Assembly (NCBI GenBank): GCA_043797085.1
Contig: JAZDQA010000004.1
Span: forward strand, 1 to 64,000
Reading direction: 5' to 3'
Source: Pseudomonadota bacterium
GTDB taxonomy: Bacteria; Campylobacterota; Campylobacteria; Campylobacterales; Sulfurimonadaceae
Length of the DNA stretch: 64,000 nt
Below are positions 29,430-39,335 of this stretch, in pieces. Each line of letters opens with the position of its first letter. Position 1 is the stretch's first letter. The translations under genes were made by a program, and so were the position numbers. The notes beneath the pieces are model-generated. The model worked only from the letters and a program-made list of their open reading frames with translations. It was not told the DNA's origin and ran no database searches.

Positions 29430-31090
29430 AAAAAAGCTTATTCAAGCTTTTAGAGCCAAAACTAATCACCTATATCAAAAAAAATGGCTATACGAAAGAA
29501 GATTTTTTTAAAGATGCTCTCTCGGGCCTTTCGGTTGCTATTGTTGCATTACCGCTTGCCATGGCGATCGCGATTGCTTCGAATCTTCCCCCTGAACGAG
29601 GTCTTTTTACCGCCATCGTAGCAGGATTTTTAATCTCGGCGCTGGGAGGAAGCCGTTATCAAGTGGGTGGTCCAACTGCCGCATTTATCGTTACGGTTGC
29701 CCTAGTTGCGATGAAACACGGTTACGAAGGATTGGTTCTTGCCACAATTATGGCAGGATTTTTGCTAATAATTATGGCCTTTGTCCGTGCAGGGGAACTC
29801 ATTAAATTTATCCCTTATCCTGTTATCACTGGATTTACTTCCGGTATTGCACTTTTGATCGTCTTTTCTCAGTTACGTGATTTTTTCGGTTTATCCATTA
29901 CCACGATGCCTCCTGATTTTATTGACAAGCTCATTCTTTATATCACCCATCTGCATGAAACCAATTTTTATGCCGTCATCGTTGCCTTAATCTCCATCGG
30001 TATTATCCTTTTGATGACCAAGAAATATCCGAAGATTCCCGGACCGATTGTAGTGGTAGTATTTTCAGCGTTAGCCGTATGGCTCTTAAATATACAGATC
30101 GATACCATCGAGAGCCGTTTCGGTGCTATTCCCTCGATGCTTCCAACTCCTACCTTTCCTGCAATTACGTTTGAAAAAATTCGCTTGCTGTTTCCCGATG
30201 CGATTACGATTGCTGTTTTGGCGGCCATAGAATCTCTTCTTTCTGCTGTTGTAGCGGATGGAATGGCGGGGACGAAGCATAAACCTAATACAGAACTTTT
30301 AGCGCAAGGAGTTGCCAATATCGCTTCTTCAGTTTTCGGCGGACTGCCTGCTACTGGAGCCATTGCTCGAACGGCGACGAATATCAAAGCAGGGGCGGTA
30401 TCACCGATTTCAGGAATCATGCACGCTTTTTGGCTTTTGCTCTTCATGATTCTTTTGGCTCCTATGATTGTTAAAGTCCCGCTTGCCGCTCTGAGCGCTA
30501 TTTTGATAGTGGTGGCGTGGAACATGGCTGAGATCAAACATATACGCTCTATCATGAAAGCACCTCGCTCGGATCGTGTTGTCCTTTTTGTCACTTTTGC
30601 GTTGACGGTTCTGGTTGATTTGAACTTCGCGATACAAGCTGGTATATCCCTTGCTGCGATCTTATTTATTCATTCGATGATGCAGGCTGTGGAGATCAAG
30701 TCGTATAACGATGATGATGAAGAGAATGATGATCCGGATGCGACATCTAAAAAAATCATACCTATCGGAGTCGAAGTGTATGAAATAAACGGACCGCTCT
30801 TTTTTGGAATTGCTGAAAAATTGGTGGATACTCTTGCTCTTTTTGAAGCCCCTCCGAAGGCATTTATTTTACGGCTTCGTCATGTACCGATGATTGATGC
30901 AGCTGGTCTTCATGCCTTGGAAGTGTTAAATCAAAGACTTCAAGAACAACATTCAGTTTTGATATTATCGGGAGTCAATAAAACGGTACGGATGTATATT
31001 CGTAACTCAAAATTGGATAAAAAAATAGGGGAAGCCAATATCGTGGATCACATCGACAAAGCGATTCACCGAGCAAAAGAGTGTTGTTAG
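29426..31090 (+). CDS. SulP-family anion transporter with STAS domain
   Basis: VALPLAMAIAIAS, GGPT, ELLAQGVAN, GAIART, GPLFFG, IDAAG. Confidence 0.93.
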   Translation: MKKSLFKLLEPKLITYIKKNGYTKEDFFKDALSGLSVAIVALPLAMAIAIASNLPPERGLFTAIVAGFLISALGGSRYQVGGPTAAFIVTVALVAMKHGYEGLVLATIMAGFLLIIMAFVRAGELIKFIPYPVITGFTSGIALLIVFSQLRDFFGLSITTMPPDFIDKLILYITHLHETNFYAVIVALISIGIILLMTKKYPKIPGPIVVVVFSALAVWLLNIQIDTIESRFGAIPSMLPTPTFPAITFEKIRLLFPDAITIAVLAAIESLLSAVVADGMAGTKHKPNTELLAQGVANIASSVFGGLPATGAIARTATNIKAGAVSPISGIMHAFWLLLFMILLAPMIVKVPLAALSAILIVVAWNMAEIKHIRSIMKAPRSDRVVLFVTFALTVLVDLNFAIQAGISLAAILFIHSMMQAVEIKSYNDDDEENDDPDATSKKIIPIGVEVYEINGPLFFGIAEKLVDTLALFEAPPKAFILRLRHVPMIDAAGLHALEVLNQRLQEQHSVLILSGVNKTVRMYIRNSKLDKKIGEANIVDHIDKAIHRAKECC

Positions 31091-31104
31091 CTAGAAGGTA
31101 AAAT

Positions 31105-31413
31105 TTATTCTTTTGGTTTTATGAGTGCTGGGAGCTCTTTTGGAGCTTTAATCCGAAGCTGTTTGTTCACATTCATACGTCCATATACCACCTCGAAGTC
31201 TGATGGTGAAACTTTAAATTCTTTTGCCAAAAAACGGACCATATGATCGGTTGCTTTACCGGAGACAGGTGCGGCTGTAACGCTTATCTTGAGCTGATTT
31301 CCTTTGGCTTTTCCTATGGCATCTCGTTTGGAACTTGGGGTTCCTAAAACATTGAGAACAAGAATGTCACCTTCCCATTGATAAAAGACATTAGTAAGAT
31401 TTTTTGTTTTCAC
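31105..31413 (-). CDS. DUF167/YggU family protein
   Basis: LKISVTAAPVSGKA motif, 102 aa. Confidence 0.85.
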   Translation of the reverse strand: MKTKNLTNVFYQWEGDILVLNVLGTPSSKRDAIGKAKGNQLKISVTAAPVSGKATDHMVRFLAKEFKVSPSDFEVVYGRMNVNKQLRIKAPKELPALIKPKE

Positions 31414-31424
31414 TTATGAGGCCT

Positions 31425-32000
31425 TTAAGATTTATAAAACGCAACCGTACAATCATTGTCGTAATATCCCCGACGAAAAATGATCCGTGCTCCTAATTTT
31501 TGACCCAGTTTTTCAATTTTATTGGCTTGGAGATAATTGTAGGTCTTGGATTCTTTTTTCCCTTCCAAAAAGTTAAAAATCAATCCTCTTGTAGATGCTT
31601 CATAGCAACGTTGGATAAACAAGTAGCCACCTTCACGTGTGAGGATATTAAGAGCACCGCTGCAGACATAAAATTCCCCTTCGATTAGAGGATCATGTAA
31701 AATATCACAGCAATGAATCGGTTTTCCGGTTCGTTGCTGTGCTTCTTTGACCATAGTCTCAAGAGCATCCAGTCCGACATACTCAACTCCCTCTTTACCT
31801 TTTGAAAGCAAATAGAGATATAGATCTCCAAATCCGCATCCTGCATCGACGATAGACGCAGTGTTGAAGGGTAAAAGGGAGAGAATCTCATGAAAACGAA
31901 CTTCTTGTGATTGTTTGGAATGCCATCTCAGACCTTCTGAGGTTAATCCATGCTCATAAATAGCATCATCATAAAATGCTTGCTTGTCTACTCTGTCCAT
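31425..32000 (-). CDS. Class I SAM-dependent methyltransferase
   Basis: L.W.SKQSQ.VRF, IVDAGCGFGDLY, YVGLD. Confidence 0.85.
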   Translation of the reverse strand: MDRVDKQAFYDDAIYEHGLTSEGLRWHSKQSQEVRFHEILSLLPFNTASIVDAGCGFGDLYLYLLSKGKEGVEYVGLDALETMVKEAQQRTGKPIHCCDILHDPLIEGEFYVCSGALNILTREGGYLFIQRCYEASTRGLIFNFLEGKKESKTYNYLQANKIEKLGQKLGARIIFRRGYYDNDCTVAFYKS

Positions 32001-32092
32001 ATATGTTATTCCTTTTAAAATTATTTGTTACCCGATAAATCGTTTACGCATTCCAAAAATAAATACGTAGTCGCTCAAAGCGGTTTTTTGCC

Positions 32093-33190
32093 TCACATGC
32101 TATCAGAAACCTTTGTTTCCGTAATAATCGTATTTATTTGCTGCTGCAGATAGTCGGGAAGACTGGGGACATGCAAATCTAAAAACCCTTCGATAATGAG
32201 TGATTTTGCTTTCTCCTCTTCGATACCGGATGCCATCAAATATGCCAGCTCATCTTTGGAGATCATTCCAACACTCGCTTCATGAGAGAGTTCCAAATGG
32301 GGGTTTTCACCGATAAGCTCTGGAATAGCATGGATAATCCCTTTTTCACTGAGTAAAAGTCCGTTACACGACATTGACCCGCGTCCGCCGGATTCTTTTC
32401 CAATGATTTTACCGCGCGTGATAACCTTTCCTCCGTTGGAAACGACACGGCTGATAATCTGTGAGGAGGTATTTTTCCCATTTAATAATACCGTCGAACC
32501 GACATCATATACAGAGCCTTCGGGAGCATAGATGACGGAGTAAAATTCTCCTAAACCTCCTTCTTCTATGATGGCTAATGGATCCATACTAAGCATTTTA
32601 ACACCACTTAGGGATATATACGTTGATATAAATTTAGCGTTTTTACCTACATGAGCAGCACTTCGGGGATAGACTTCTACCTCTTTACCCCAACTGTGGA
32701 TCATGGTGTTAGTAACGACTGCATCTTCGTGGATGAAGAATTCGGTAACACCGATATGGCGCCCTGAGAGTGCATGAGCATTGCTCGTACAGCCACTGAT
32801 GAGGTGAAATTCTGCTCCTTTTTCGGCGATGACAATGTTGTGAGTACACTGAGTGAAGCTGCTCGTATCAATCATATAGCATGTGTAAAGAGGAAGGGGA
32901 ACTTTTTTTCCTGCTTTGACGCGGATAAAATAGCCTAGTTTATCACCATTATCAGCAACCTGCTTGACATATTCGTCTTGGTCAGAGTTTATTAGGGTAA
33001 AGCTCAGTTGTGAGAGCCATTCATATTTTTTCAGGGCAATGGCGATAGGCAGGATTTCGATCGCATCAGTGGCAGAGTAGGTATCGAGAATCTCGCTGTC
33101 ACGGACAAAAAAGTTAGCAGACTTTTCCTGTTCATAATCATAGGCAACATTTTTCAGGCTTTGTAGTGTTGCATCATCATACGTCTTCAT
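32093..33190 (-). CDS. SufB/SufD-family Fe-S scaffold (SmsB-like)
   Basis: HNIVIAE.GA, HSW..VYPRS, SRVVS, CNGLL, PEL..LSHEASVG, YLMASGI; ATG 33190 with AAGGA RBS. Confidence 0.88.
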   Translation of the reverse strand: MKTYDDATLQSLKNVAYDYEQEKSANFFVRDSEILDTYSATDAIEILPIAIALKKYEWLSQLSFTLINSDQDEYVKQVADNGDKLGYFIRVKAGKKVPLPLYTCYMIDTSSFTQCTHNIVIAEKGAEFHLISGCTSNAHALSGRHIGVTEFFIHEDAVVTNTMIHSWGKEVEVYPRSAAHVGKNAKFISTYISLSGVKMLSMDPLAIIEEGGLGEFYSVIYAPEGSVYDVGSTVLLNGKNTSSQIISRVVSNGGKVITRGKIIGKESGGRGSMSCNGLLLSEKGIIHAIPELIGENPHLELSHEASVGMISKDELAYLMASGIEEEKAKSLIIEGFLDLHVPSLPDYLQQQINTIITETKVSDSM

Positions 33191-33939
33191 TGGATTTCCT
33201 TGCGGCTTTGAATACACCGTACGCATCCAGAAAAACCGTGCTGCTTAATGTCTTCCATGATATCCATTGGATTGCCGCTGCAGATGATTTTGCCATTCAT
33301 GAATACATGCCCAACATCGGCATGAATGGTGTTGAGTATATGCCCTGTGTGGGTGATTATAAGGGCAGATCGTTCACGTGCTGCTATGGGAGAACCTTTT
33401 TGCAGCATTGTATTGATCGTATTGGAGATAACCGCTATATTTTCTATGTCAACGCCCGATTCTGGTTCGTCAATCAGCAGTAAATCAGGACTTTGTGCAT
33501 AGAGTTTGAGAATTTCGGCGCGCTTAAGTTCACCTCCGGAAAACCCGACATTAAGCTCTCGATTTAAAAACGGTTCCATATTGAGCGCTTTGATTGCATG
33601 GTCAAGATCGCAGCATCGATTGATGGCTTTGAGGAAACTGTTCAGCGTTACCCCCTTGATCTTTGGAGGATGTTGAAAGGACATACCGACTCCAAAATTG
33701 GCAATGGCATCGGTGGTAAGCCCAGTGGTATCGCTACCGTGTATACGAATATTTCCTTGAGTGATGAGATATCCGGGCAATTGCATAATGGCTGATAGAA
33801 GTGTGGATTTACCTGATCCGTTTGGACCGAAAAGGATATGCACTTCCCCTTTTTTGATCGTAAGATCAATCCCCTTAATAATCTCTTTTGCATCAACAGT
33901 GACGTGCAGACCAGTGATATCCAATACGTTTGCATCCAT
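33187..33939 (-). CDS. sufC: SufC-like ABC ATPase (SmsC-like)
   Basis: GPNGSGKST, SFQHPP, R.LNVGFSGGE.KR.EI, DEPESGVD, ITHTG; C-terminal GCVRC. Confidence 0.9.
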   Translation of the reverse strand: MDANVLDITGLHVTVDAKEIIKGIDLTIKKGEVHILFGPNGSGKSTLLSAIMQLPGYLITQGNIRIHGSDTTGLTTDAIANFGVGMSFQHPPKIKGVTLNSFLKAINRCCDLDHAIKALNMEPFLNRELNVGFSGGELKRAEILKLYAQSPDLLLIDEPESGVDIENIAVISNTINTMLQKGSPIAARERSALIITHTGHILNTIHADVGHVFMNGKIICSGNPMDIMEDIKQHGFSGCVRCIQSRKEIQ

Positions 33940-34178
33940 GATAGCTTTCCATTTCAAAATAGTATAAATTTATTATAGCAACGTTGAGTGTTTAATTTAT
34001 GAGATCAATTATAACTTAGTAACTGATGTTACGCACATAATACACATTGAGTAATTTTTTTGTAAATTCAACTCTAAACTTCATTTGTTACGAAACAGTG
34101 GTGCTTTTGTTTTAGATAATTTAGCACGTGAGTCTTTGAATTTTCAAAAAAATCACTCAATGTGTGTAAGGTAAATTA

Positions 34179-35129
34179 CTAATGCGTATGTTCCGTATGA
34201 CCGCTGCAGTGAATATTATTTTCTCCGGCGTATTTTTGCGTTTCGGGCTGAAGGAGGATATGGGTTGCTCCGGCGTGAGTGAGATCATGACGGAGAACTT
34301 CAATGATATTTTCAACCTCGACAAGGCTTAGAGTCTCTTCGAGTACGATATGGGCTGAAAAATAGTGTTCACGGCTGGAAGGGCGTATAAGATGGACATC
34401 ATGTATTTCTAACACCGATGGATGATTGGTGATGACTGCTGAGAATTTGGCAACTGTTTTGGGATCGGTGCGATCCATAAGACTGGAAAATGATTGGGTA
34501 ATCAGTTTAGCGCTGGCGATCAAGATTACTGCCGCAAAGATGAGGGATAAAACTGAATCAATCCATGGTATCCCCCACACTATCATTGCAGCACCTCCCA
34601 ATACAACGGCGAGGGAGAGAATTGCATCGCTTGCCATGTGCCAAAAAGCGGCACGGACGTTTAGATCGTGGTGGTGACTTTCGTCATCGTGGGTGTGTGA
34701 ATGAGCATGTCCACCTAAAATGACCGCACTGGCAGTATTGACGACAAGTGCAATTCCTGCGGTAACCATCGTCAGCCATCCATCAACAGGCATTGGGTGA
34801 AGGAGACGATTTACCGCTTCAACCGCTACCCATAGCATCAAGAGGGATAAAAAACCTGCATTGATAAACGTCGCCATCATCTCAGAACGTACATAGCCAT
34901 ACGTCATCGTTGATGAGGCAGCACGAGCACCAAGCCCAAGAGCAATCATTGTGACCATGAGGGCTAGGACATCGCTCAGGTTATGCCATGCGTCGGAGAG
35001 GAGGGCGAGTGAACCGCTAATGACCCCGACCGTGCTTTCAATGATGACAATGATAATATTAAGTAGTATGACCAATACTACACGGCGTTGATCGGAAGAA
35101 AGGTTTGTGAAAAATGAGTTAATTTGCAT
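34179..35129 (-). CDS. Cation diffusion facilitator (CzcD/ZitB-like)
   Basis: SLALLSDAWHNLSD, TYGY.R.E, His-rich loop, NVRAAFWHMASD. Confidence 0.92.
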   Translation of the reverse strand: MQINSFFTNLSSDQRRVVLVILLNIIIVIIESTVGVISGSLALLSDAWHNLSDVLALMVTMIALGLGARAASSTMTYGYVRSEMMATFINAGFLSLLMLWVAVEAVNRLLHPMPVDGWLTMVTAGIALVVNTASAVILGGHAHSHTHDDESHHHDLNVRAAFWHMASDAILSLAVVLGGAAMIVWGIPWIDSVLSLIFAAVILIASAKLITQSFSSLMDRTDPKTVAKFSAVITNHPSVLEIHDVHLIRPSSREHYFSAHIVLEETLSLVEVENIIEVLRHDLTHAGATHILLQPETQKYAGENNIHCSGHTEHTH

Positions 35130-35217
35130 GAAGGCTCTTTTAAAAATATTTCTTATTATAGCGAATGTGCTTTGATTAGATCGACGATTTAAGCGACATT
35201 GAGAAGTTTTCCGGTAC

Positions 35218-36480
35218 TCATGACTTCAGAAGTATTCGAAAACAGTTAAGCCCTGAATCGCAGTGGTACTCGAGTCTAAACCCGTGCTTTTGGAGAATGG
35301 AGTTGGTGAGATACAGCCCTAATCCCAATCCTGCTGAGGAGTTTTCATATTCACGGTTGAACGGTTTGGAAAAATCACGTTTTTCTTCCGGAATCGGATT
35401 ACCGACATTACAAATTTCGATAGTGTGGCTTAAAATCATCAGAGTTGGTTTAGTTGTAGAATATTTCAGTGCATTATCGAGAATGTTTTTAAGGGCGATA
35501 GCAAAAAGTTCAAAATCTACTTTCACAATCAACTGAAATTCTTCTCCTTTAATCGTAAGACTTTTTTTATCGCAGAGGAGTATATCGCAGGCATGATCGA
35601 CCAAATCGACGAAACGGTATTCTTGGAAATTAAGCTGCCACTCATCACTGCTAAATCGCTCCATCTGTGTAAACTCATTTAAAAGATAATCCATGCGAGT
35701 AAAAATTTGCTTTAAACGCTCTTGATCCACAGAGGCTTCCAAGCAATCGGTAGTGAGAGCACCTTTCATAATCGGTGTTTTAAGCTCATGTAAGATGTTG
35801 CGCAAAAAGAGTGAACGTGCTTCACGCATTGATGCTATTTTCTCCAATGTATGGTTAAATTCCTGGGTAATTTGGGAAATTTCATCTTCACCTGTGATGG
35901 GGATATTTAAAGAAGTATCACCCTCTTTAAATGCAATAATGGCGTTTTTAAGACGATGTAGCGGGAGAAGTTTAGCCAGTAAATAAGCATAAAAAAGTAA
36001 TATTAATGTATCTACCCCTGCCAATACTATCCAAAACATTACTAATGAATGGGGCTGAATGTCTTTAAGAACCATGGAATGAAAATGATTCATCTCAGGT
36101 GGTGGCGGTGGTCTGAACTCAAATTTATTGAAAAAATGTGGAGGTGGTGGAGGTCCTAGCTTTACAAAGAATGTATGACCGTTCATCTCTATCATTTTTC
36201 CAAACGGTAAAGTAATGATAGTAGAGCCTTGTGACAATAGTTTTTTACTCGAAAGTGTTGAGGGTTGAATCATTAATTGTGATAATTCAGGAGAAAAATC
36301 GCGCTGATTATGTCCAAAAAAGAATAAGCGATCGGCGAGGAGAAATCGACGTATTTGTTCTACTTCTTGCTGTTTAGAGAAGTGTTCATGCGCTATCCAA
36401 AAAAGCCCATTAATAAGGATAAAAATCAGGACAAAAAATAACGTGATAAGACGAATGATGGAGTGTTTATTTATTAACAA
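35218..36480 (-). CDS. Sensor histidine kinase (HAMP-HisKA-HATPase)
   Basis: 2 TM helices, HAMP, HELKTP, NILDNALKYS, GLGLGL. Confidence 0.92.
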   Translation of the reverse strand: MLINKHSIIRLITLFFVLIFILINGLFWIAHEHFSKQQEVEQIRRFLLADRLFFFGHNQRDFSPELSQLMIQPSTLSSKKLLSQGSTIITLPFGKMIEMNGHTFFVKLGPPPPPHFFNKFEFRPPPPPEMNHFHSMVLKDIQPHSLVMFWIVLAGVDTLILLFYAYLLAKLLPLHRLKNAIIAFKEGDTSLNIPITGEDEISQITQEFNHTLEKIASMREARSLFLRNILHELKTPIMKGALTTDCLEASVDQERLKQIFTRMDYLLNEFTQMERFSSDEWQLNFQEYRFVDLVDHACDILLCDKKSLTIKGEEFQLIVKVDFELFAIALKNILDNALKYSTTKPTLMILSHTIEICNVGNPIPEEKRDFSKPFNREYENSSAGLGLGLYLTNSILQKHGFRLEYHCDSGLNCFRILLKS

Positions 36481-37135
36481 ATTTGTATCCTACCCCTCGA
36501 ACTGAGACAATATAACGGGGATTTTTAGTATCATCGCCGATTTTTTGGCGTATACGACCCATGATAACGTCAATACTTTTGAGACTGCTCTCATATTTTA
36601 TCGAGCCGATATTCATCAGTAATTCTTCGCGTGAAATAACGTAACGCTCTTTTTTAATCATATACGAAACAATGTCGTATTCGGCTTGTGTGAGCCGAAG
36701 AAGTAAACTATCTTTGGAAATTTCATGTCGTGCTTCATCGATTTCAAAGGGTGTGAGTTTTTTAGGCATAGTGGGATGAATACGGCGCATGATTGCATCG
36801 ATTCTGAAAATTAACTCCTGTGGATCATAGGGTTTTGGGAGATAATCATCCGCACCGCGTGAAAACCCCATCATTTTATCCCGTATGTCCGAGCGTGCCG
36901 AGGAAATGATGATAGGGATGTTACTTTCTTGACGAATCAGACGACAAATCTCCATCCCATCCATTTGTGGTAAAGAGAGATCCAACACCAGTAAATCATA
37001 TATGTTTGTTTGAAAAAGACTTAAACCCTCTAATGGAGTTGAAGCAATTGTCATTCTAATATCATCTTTCTCCAGACGTGTTTTTAACAACTGCGCCAAC
37101 TCAATATCATCTTCAATCATTAAAACATTAATCAT
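36467..37135 (-). CDS. OmpR-family response regulator
   Basis: IEDD, LDLSLP.MDG, GADDYLPKP, winged helix VRGVGYK; start taken at ATG 37135. Confidence 0.93.
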   Translation of the reverse strand: MINVLMIEDDIELAQLLKTRLEKDDIRMTIASTPLEGLSLFQTNIYDLLVLDLSLPQMDGMEICRLIRQESNIPIIISSARSDIRDKMMGFSRGADDYLPKPYDPQELIFRIDAIMRRIHPTMPKKLTPFEIDEARHEISKDSLLLRLTQAEYDIVSYMIKKERYVISREELLMNIGSIKYESSLKSIDVIMGRIRQKIGDDTKNPRYIVSVRGVGYKFVNK

Positions 37136-37196
37136 AAGCCGATTATATCGGGGAGAGAGTAAATAAAAAGTAACATACCCGTAAGGGCATGCCCAC

Positions 37197-37868
37197 TTAA
37201 GCACTGATGCTTAAAAGAGAAGTAGAACTTGCTGTGGAGGTATTGTTCCCATAATAGGAAAGTATGTTTTTGAGCATAATGTCGCTGAATTTCTGAGAGG
37301 CATTCTCTGTTTGAGACGTTGTGGATGCTGCAGAGGAATCCGTTGCTGATGCCGTACCATTGTTTTTATTGGACGAATCAGTTTTTGAATTCCCTAAAGC
37401 TGCCAATAACTCGTCGATACTGACTGTTCCGTCTTGATTGGTATCCATTGCGTCAATAATGTCACTACTGCTTGAACTCTCAGATGTTGAGGATGAATCA
37501 CTTGGAGGAGGGGGAGGCATTCCGCCGGGAGGTGGTGGCATATCCCCTTTACCCTCAGGCGGTTTCATATTTTTAAGAGATGCAACCAGTTCTTCGGTAC
37601 TCATACTTCCGTTACTGTCGGTATCGAGGGTAGAAAAAATATCCGTTGCAGCTGAACTGCTAGTAGTGCTGCTGCTTGAACTGGAGGCGAGTGCTTGCGC
37701 CGCCGCACTAAATTCGGCTTTATCGATTGAACCGCTTTTATCCGTATCCAACGAGCTCAGTAATTCCTGAGCCATCTTTTCAAAATCGGGTTTTCCCTTT
37801 TGTGAAGCAGATGAGACGCCGGAGTAACTATTAGACGAATACGCACTGTAGTTAGAATTAACTGTCAT
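37197..37868 (-). CDS. EF-hand domain protein, Ser/Pro-rich
   Basis: Three EF loops DTDKSGSIDKAE, DTDSNGSMSTEE, DTNQDGTVSIDE; AGGAG RBS. Confidence 0.88.
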   Translation of the reverse strand: MTVNSNYSAYSSNSYSGVSSASQKGKPDFEKMAQELLSSLDTDKSGSIDKAEFSAAAQALASSSSSSTTSSSAATDIFSTLDTDSNGSMSTEELVASLKNMKPPEGKGDMPPPPGGMPPPPPSDSSSTSESSSSSDIIDAMDTNQDGTVSIDELLAALGNSKTDSSNKNNGTASATDSSAASTTSQTENASQKFSDIMLKNILSYYGNNTSTASSTSLLSISA

Positions 37869-37931
37869 GGTAAACTCCTTATCAGGTGTAGCAAGAAAAT
37901 TTCTTACTCAACTGCAAGCATAAAATGGATA

Positions 37932-37949
37932 GGGTAACTAATGGGTAAC
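37932..37949. promoter_or_regulatory. Direct repeat GGGTAAC-N4-GGGTAAC, candidate OmpR-family operator
   Basis: 11-bp periodic repeat about 65-80 bp upstream of the EF-hand gene. Confidence 0.45.
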
Positions 37950-37985
37950 ACTATTTTATTTATAACTGACCTTACGCACTTCATC

Positions 37986-38071
37986 GGAAGTGGGGCTTTA
38001 GCCCCGCCAAAAACTTAGCTTGCATTGTAATTTCCATCAAAGTAACTAGGCGAGGCTAAAGCCTCACTTCC
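37986..38071. repeat. REP-like inverted doublet
   Basis: GGAAGTGGGGCTTTAGCCCCGCC (37986-38008) and inverted GGCGAGGCTAAAGCCTCACTTCC (38049-38071), each internally palindromic. Confidence 0.8.
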
Positions 38072-38124
38072 AAAAATAGCATTTCAGATGCAAATTTTTA
38101 CAAAAGTACGCAATGTGCGAAACA

Positions 38125-38182
38125 TCACTTAATAATGTCAAACTCTTGTGAAATAACAGCTTTAAAGCGGGAAGCTTCGATT
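38125..38182 (-). repeat. Diverged duplicate of the lolA 3' end
   Basis: 51/58 nt identical to 39336-39393; encodes IEASRFKAVISQEFDIIK* versus LolA IEASRFKAVIPQGFDVIK*. Confidence 0.9.
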
Positions 38183-39014
38183 AAAATTTAAATGATTTTA
38201 TATTCTCCTTTAATATATCTATAAGTGTAATGGATTTTATTTCTTGATGATCATAGTGAACAATATTTGTTACTTTGTCTTTTGCTATTGAAATAGAATG
38301 GTTATGATCTCGAATATAAAAATTTTGATCATCATTAAAAATAAGAGAACCATGAATAGTTTGATTATTTTCTATTTGCAAATTTATTTCTGTTTTTTGC
38401 ATATTAGCCAATGTAAAACCTTTAGCATTAATCAATAAAGCAATTGTGAATGATAGCGATAGAAGGTATCCAATTAAATGTGCAGGGTTTAAGTATTTTT
38501 TTTCCTCATAATATTCAATCATTATTCTATAAAATGCTATATTAATAAATGTGAGAAAACTATATCTCCAATCAATAAAGAAAATAAGAATAATTCCAAA
38601 TCCAATGAACATCAAAATATCTATATACTTTTCTTTTGTTTTGTTGGTGCTTTCATCTCTTCCTGATGATTCAAATTTTGATAAATTATTACTATGATAA
38701 AAGCCTACTAGAATCATTAAAATAAGTGTAATTGTGAAGTTCTGAAATAATAAAGGTGTCATACTTGATACAAAAAATGCTAAAAAAATATTGAAATGAC
38801 CAAATTGAGATAGTAATATAATTGGTAATGAGATAAAAAGCATCAATAGGCCAAAAGCTGATAAAAATGTTAAATCAGGAACAATAAAAGCAAAGCCATT
38901 TATTTGCATATAGAAAGCAAATGTTAAATATCCAAAGAAAAAAACACCAAAAGCAAGTAGTTGCCAATTATTTTTTAATTGTTCAATAAATTTTGAAATA
39001 GTTTCATTTTGCAT
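38181..39014 (-). CDS. Hypothetical AT-rich polytopic membrane protein
   Basis: 277 aa with many hydrophobic segments and a soluble C-terminal tail; GGAG RBS. Confidence 0.75.
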   Translation of the reverse strand: MQNETISKFIEQLKNNWQLLAFGVFFFGYLTFAFYMQINGFAFIVPDLTFLSAFGLLMLFISLPIILLSQFGHFNIFLAFFVSSMTPLLFQNFTITLILMILVGFYHSNNLSKFESSGRDESTNKTKEKYIDILMFIGFGIILIFFIDWRYSFLTFINIAFYRIMIEYYEEKKYLNPAHLIGYLLSLSFTIALLINAKGFTLANMQKTEINLQIENNQTIHGSLIFNDDQNFYIRDHNHSISIAKDKVTNIVHYDHQEIKSITLIDILKENIKSFKF

Positions 39015-39335
39015 AATTTTATTGTCTCCAAATTAAAAGTACGAGCTGTATTTCAAAAGTTTTAGGAGGTTTAGTATAACCATTAGTTTGATAGTTTGAA
39101 GTTGGAATTGTAAATCATTCATGCAGAAAACCCCTCCGTTTGCACATTGTAAAGAGGTGGGAGAGGTATGTTAAGGAAATTATCACGAAAATAAGCTTTG
39201 AAATTTATTACACCTATGAATAAATTTTGTTTACAGAGGTAGTTTGATTCAAAAAAATCCATTCATGTCCCATAACAAAAAATCATTATAGTTATTATAG
39301 CTAAAGTGAATTCTTATTTAGATTATTTATTGATT

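Noticed and set aside
37967..38128. MITE with terminal inverted repeats enclosing the REP doublet
   Set aside because: The putative ends (CTGACCTTACGCAC versus GTGCGAAACATCAC) match only partly, and no target duplication is visible.
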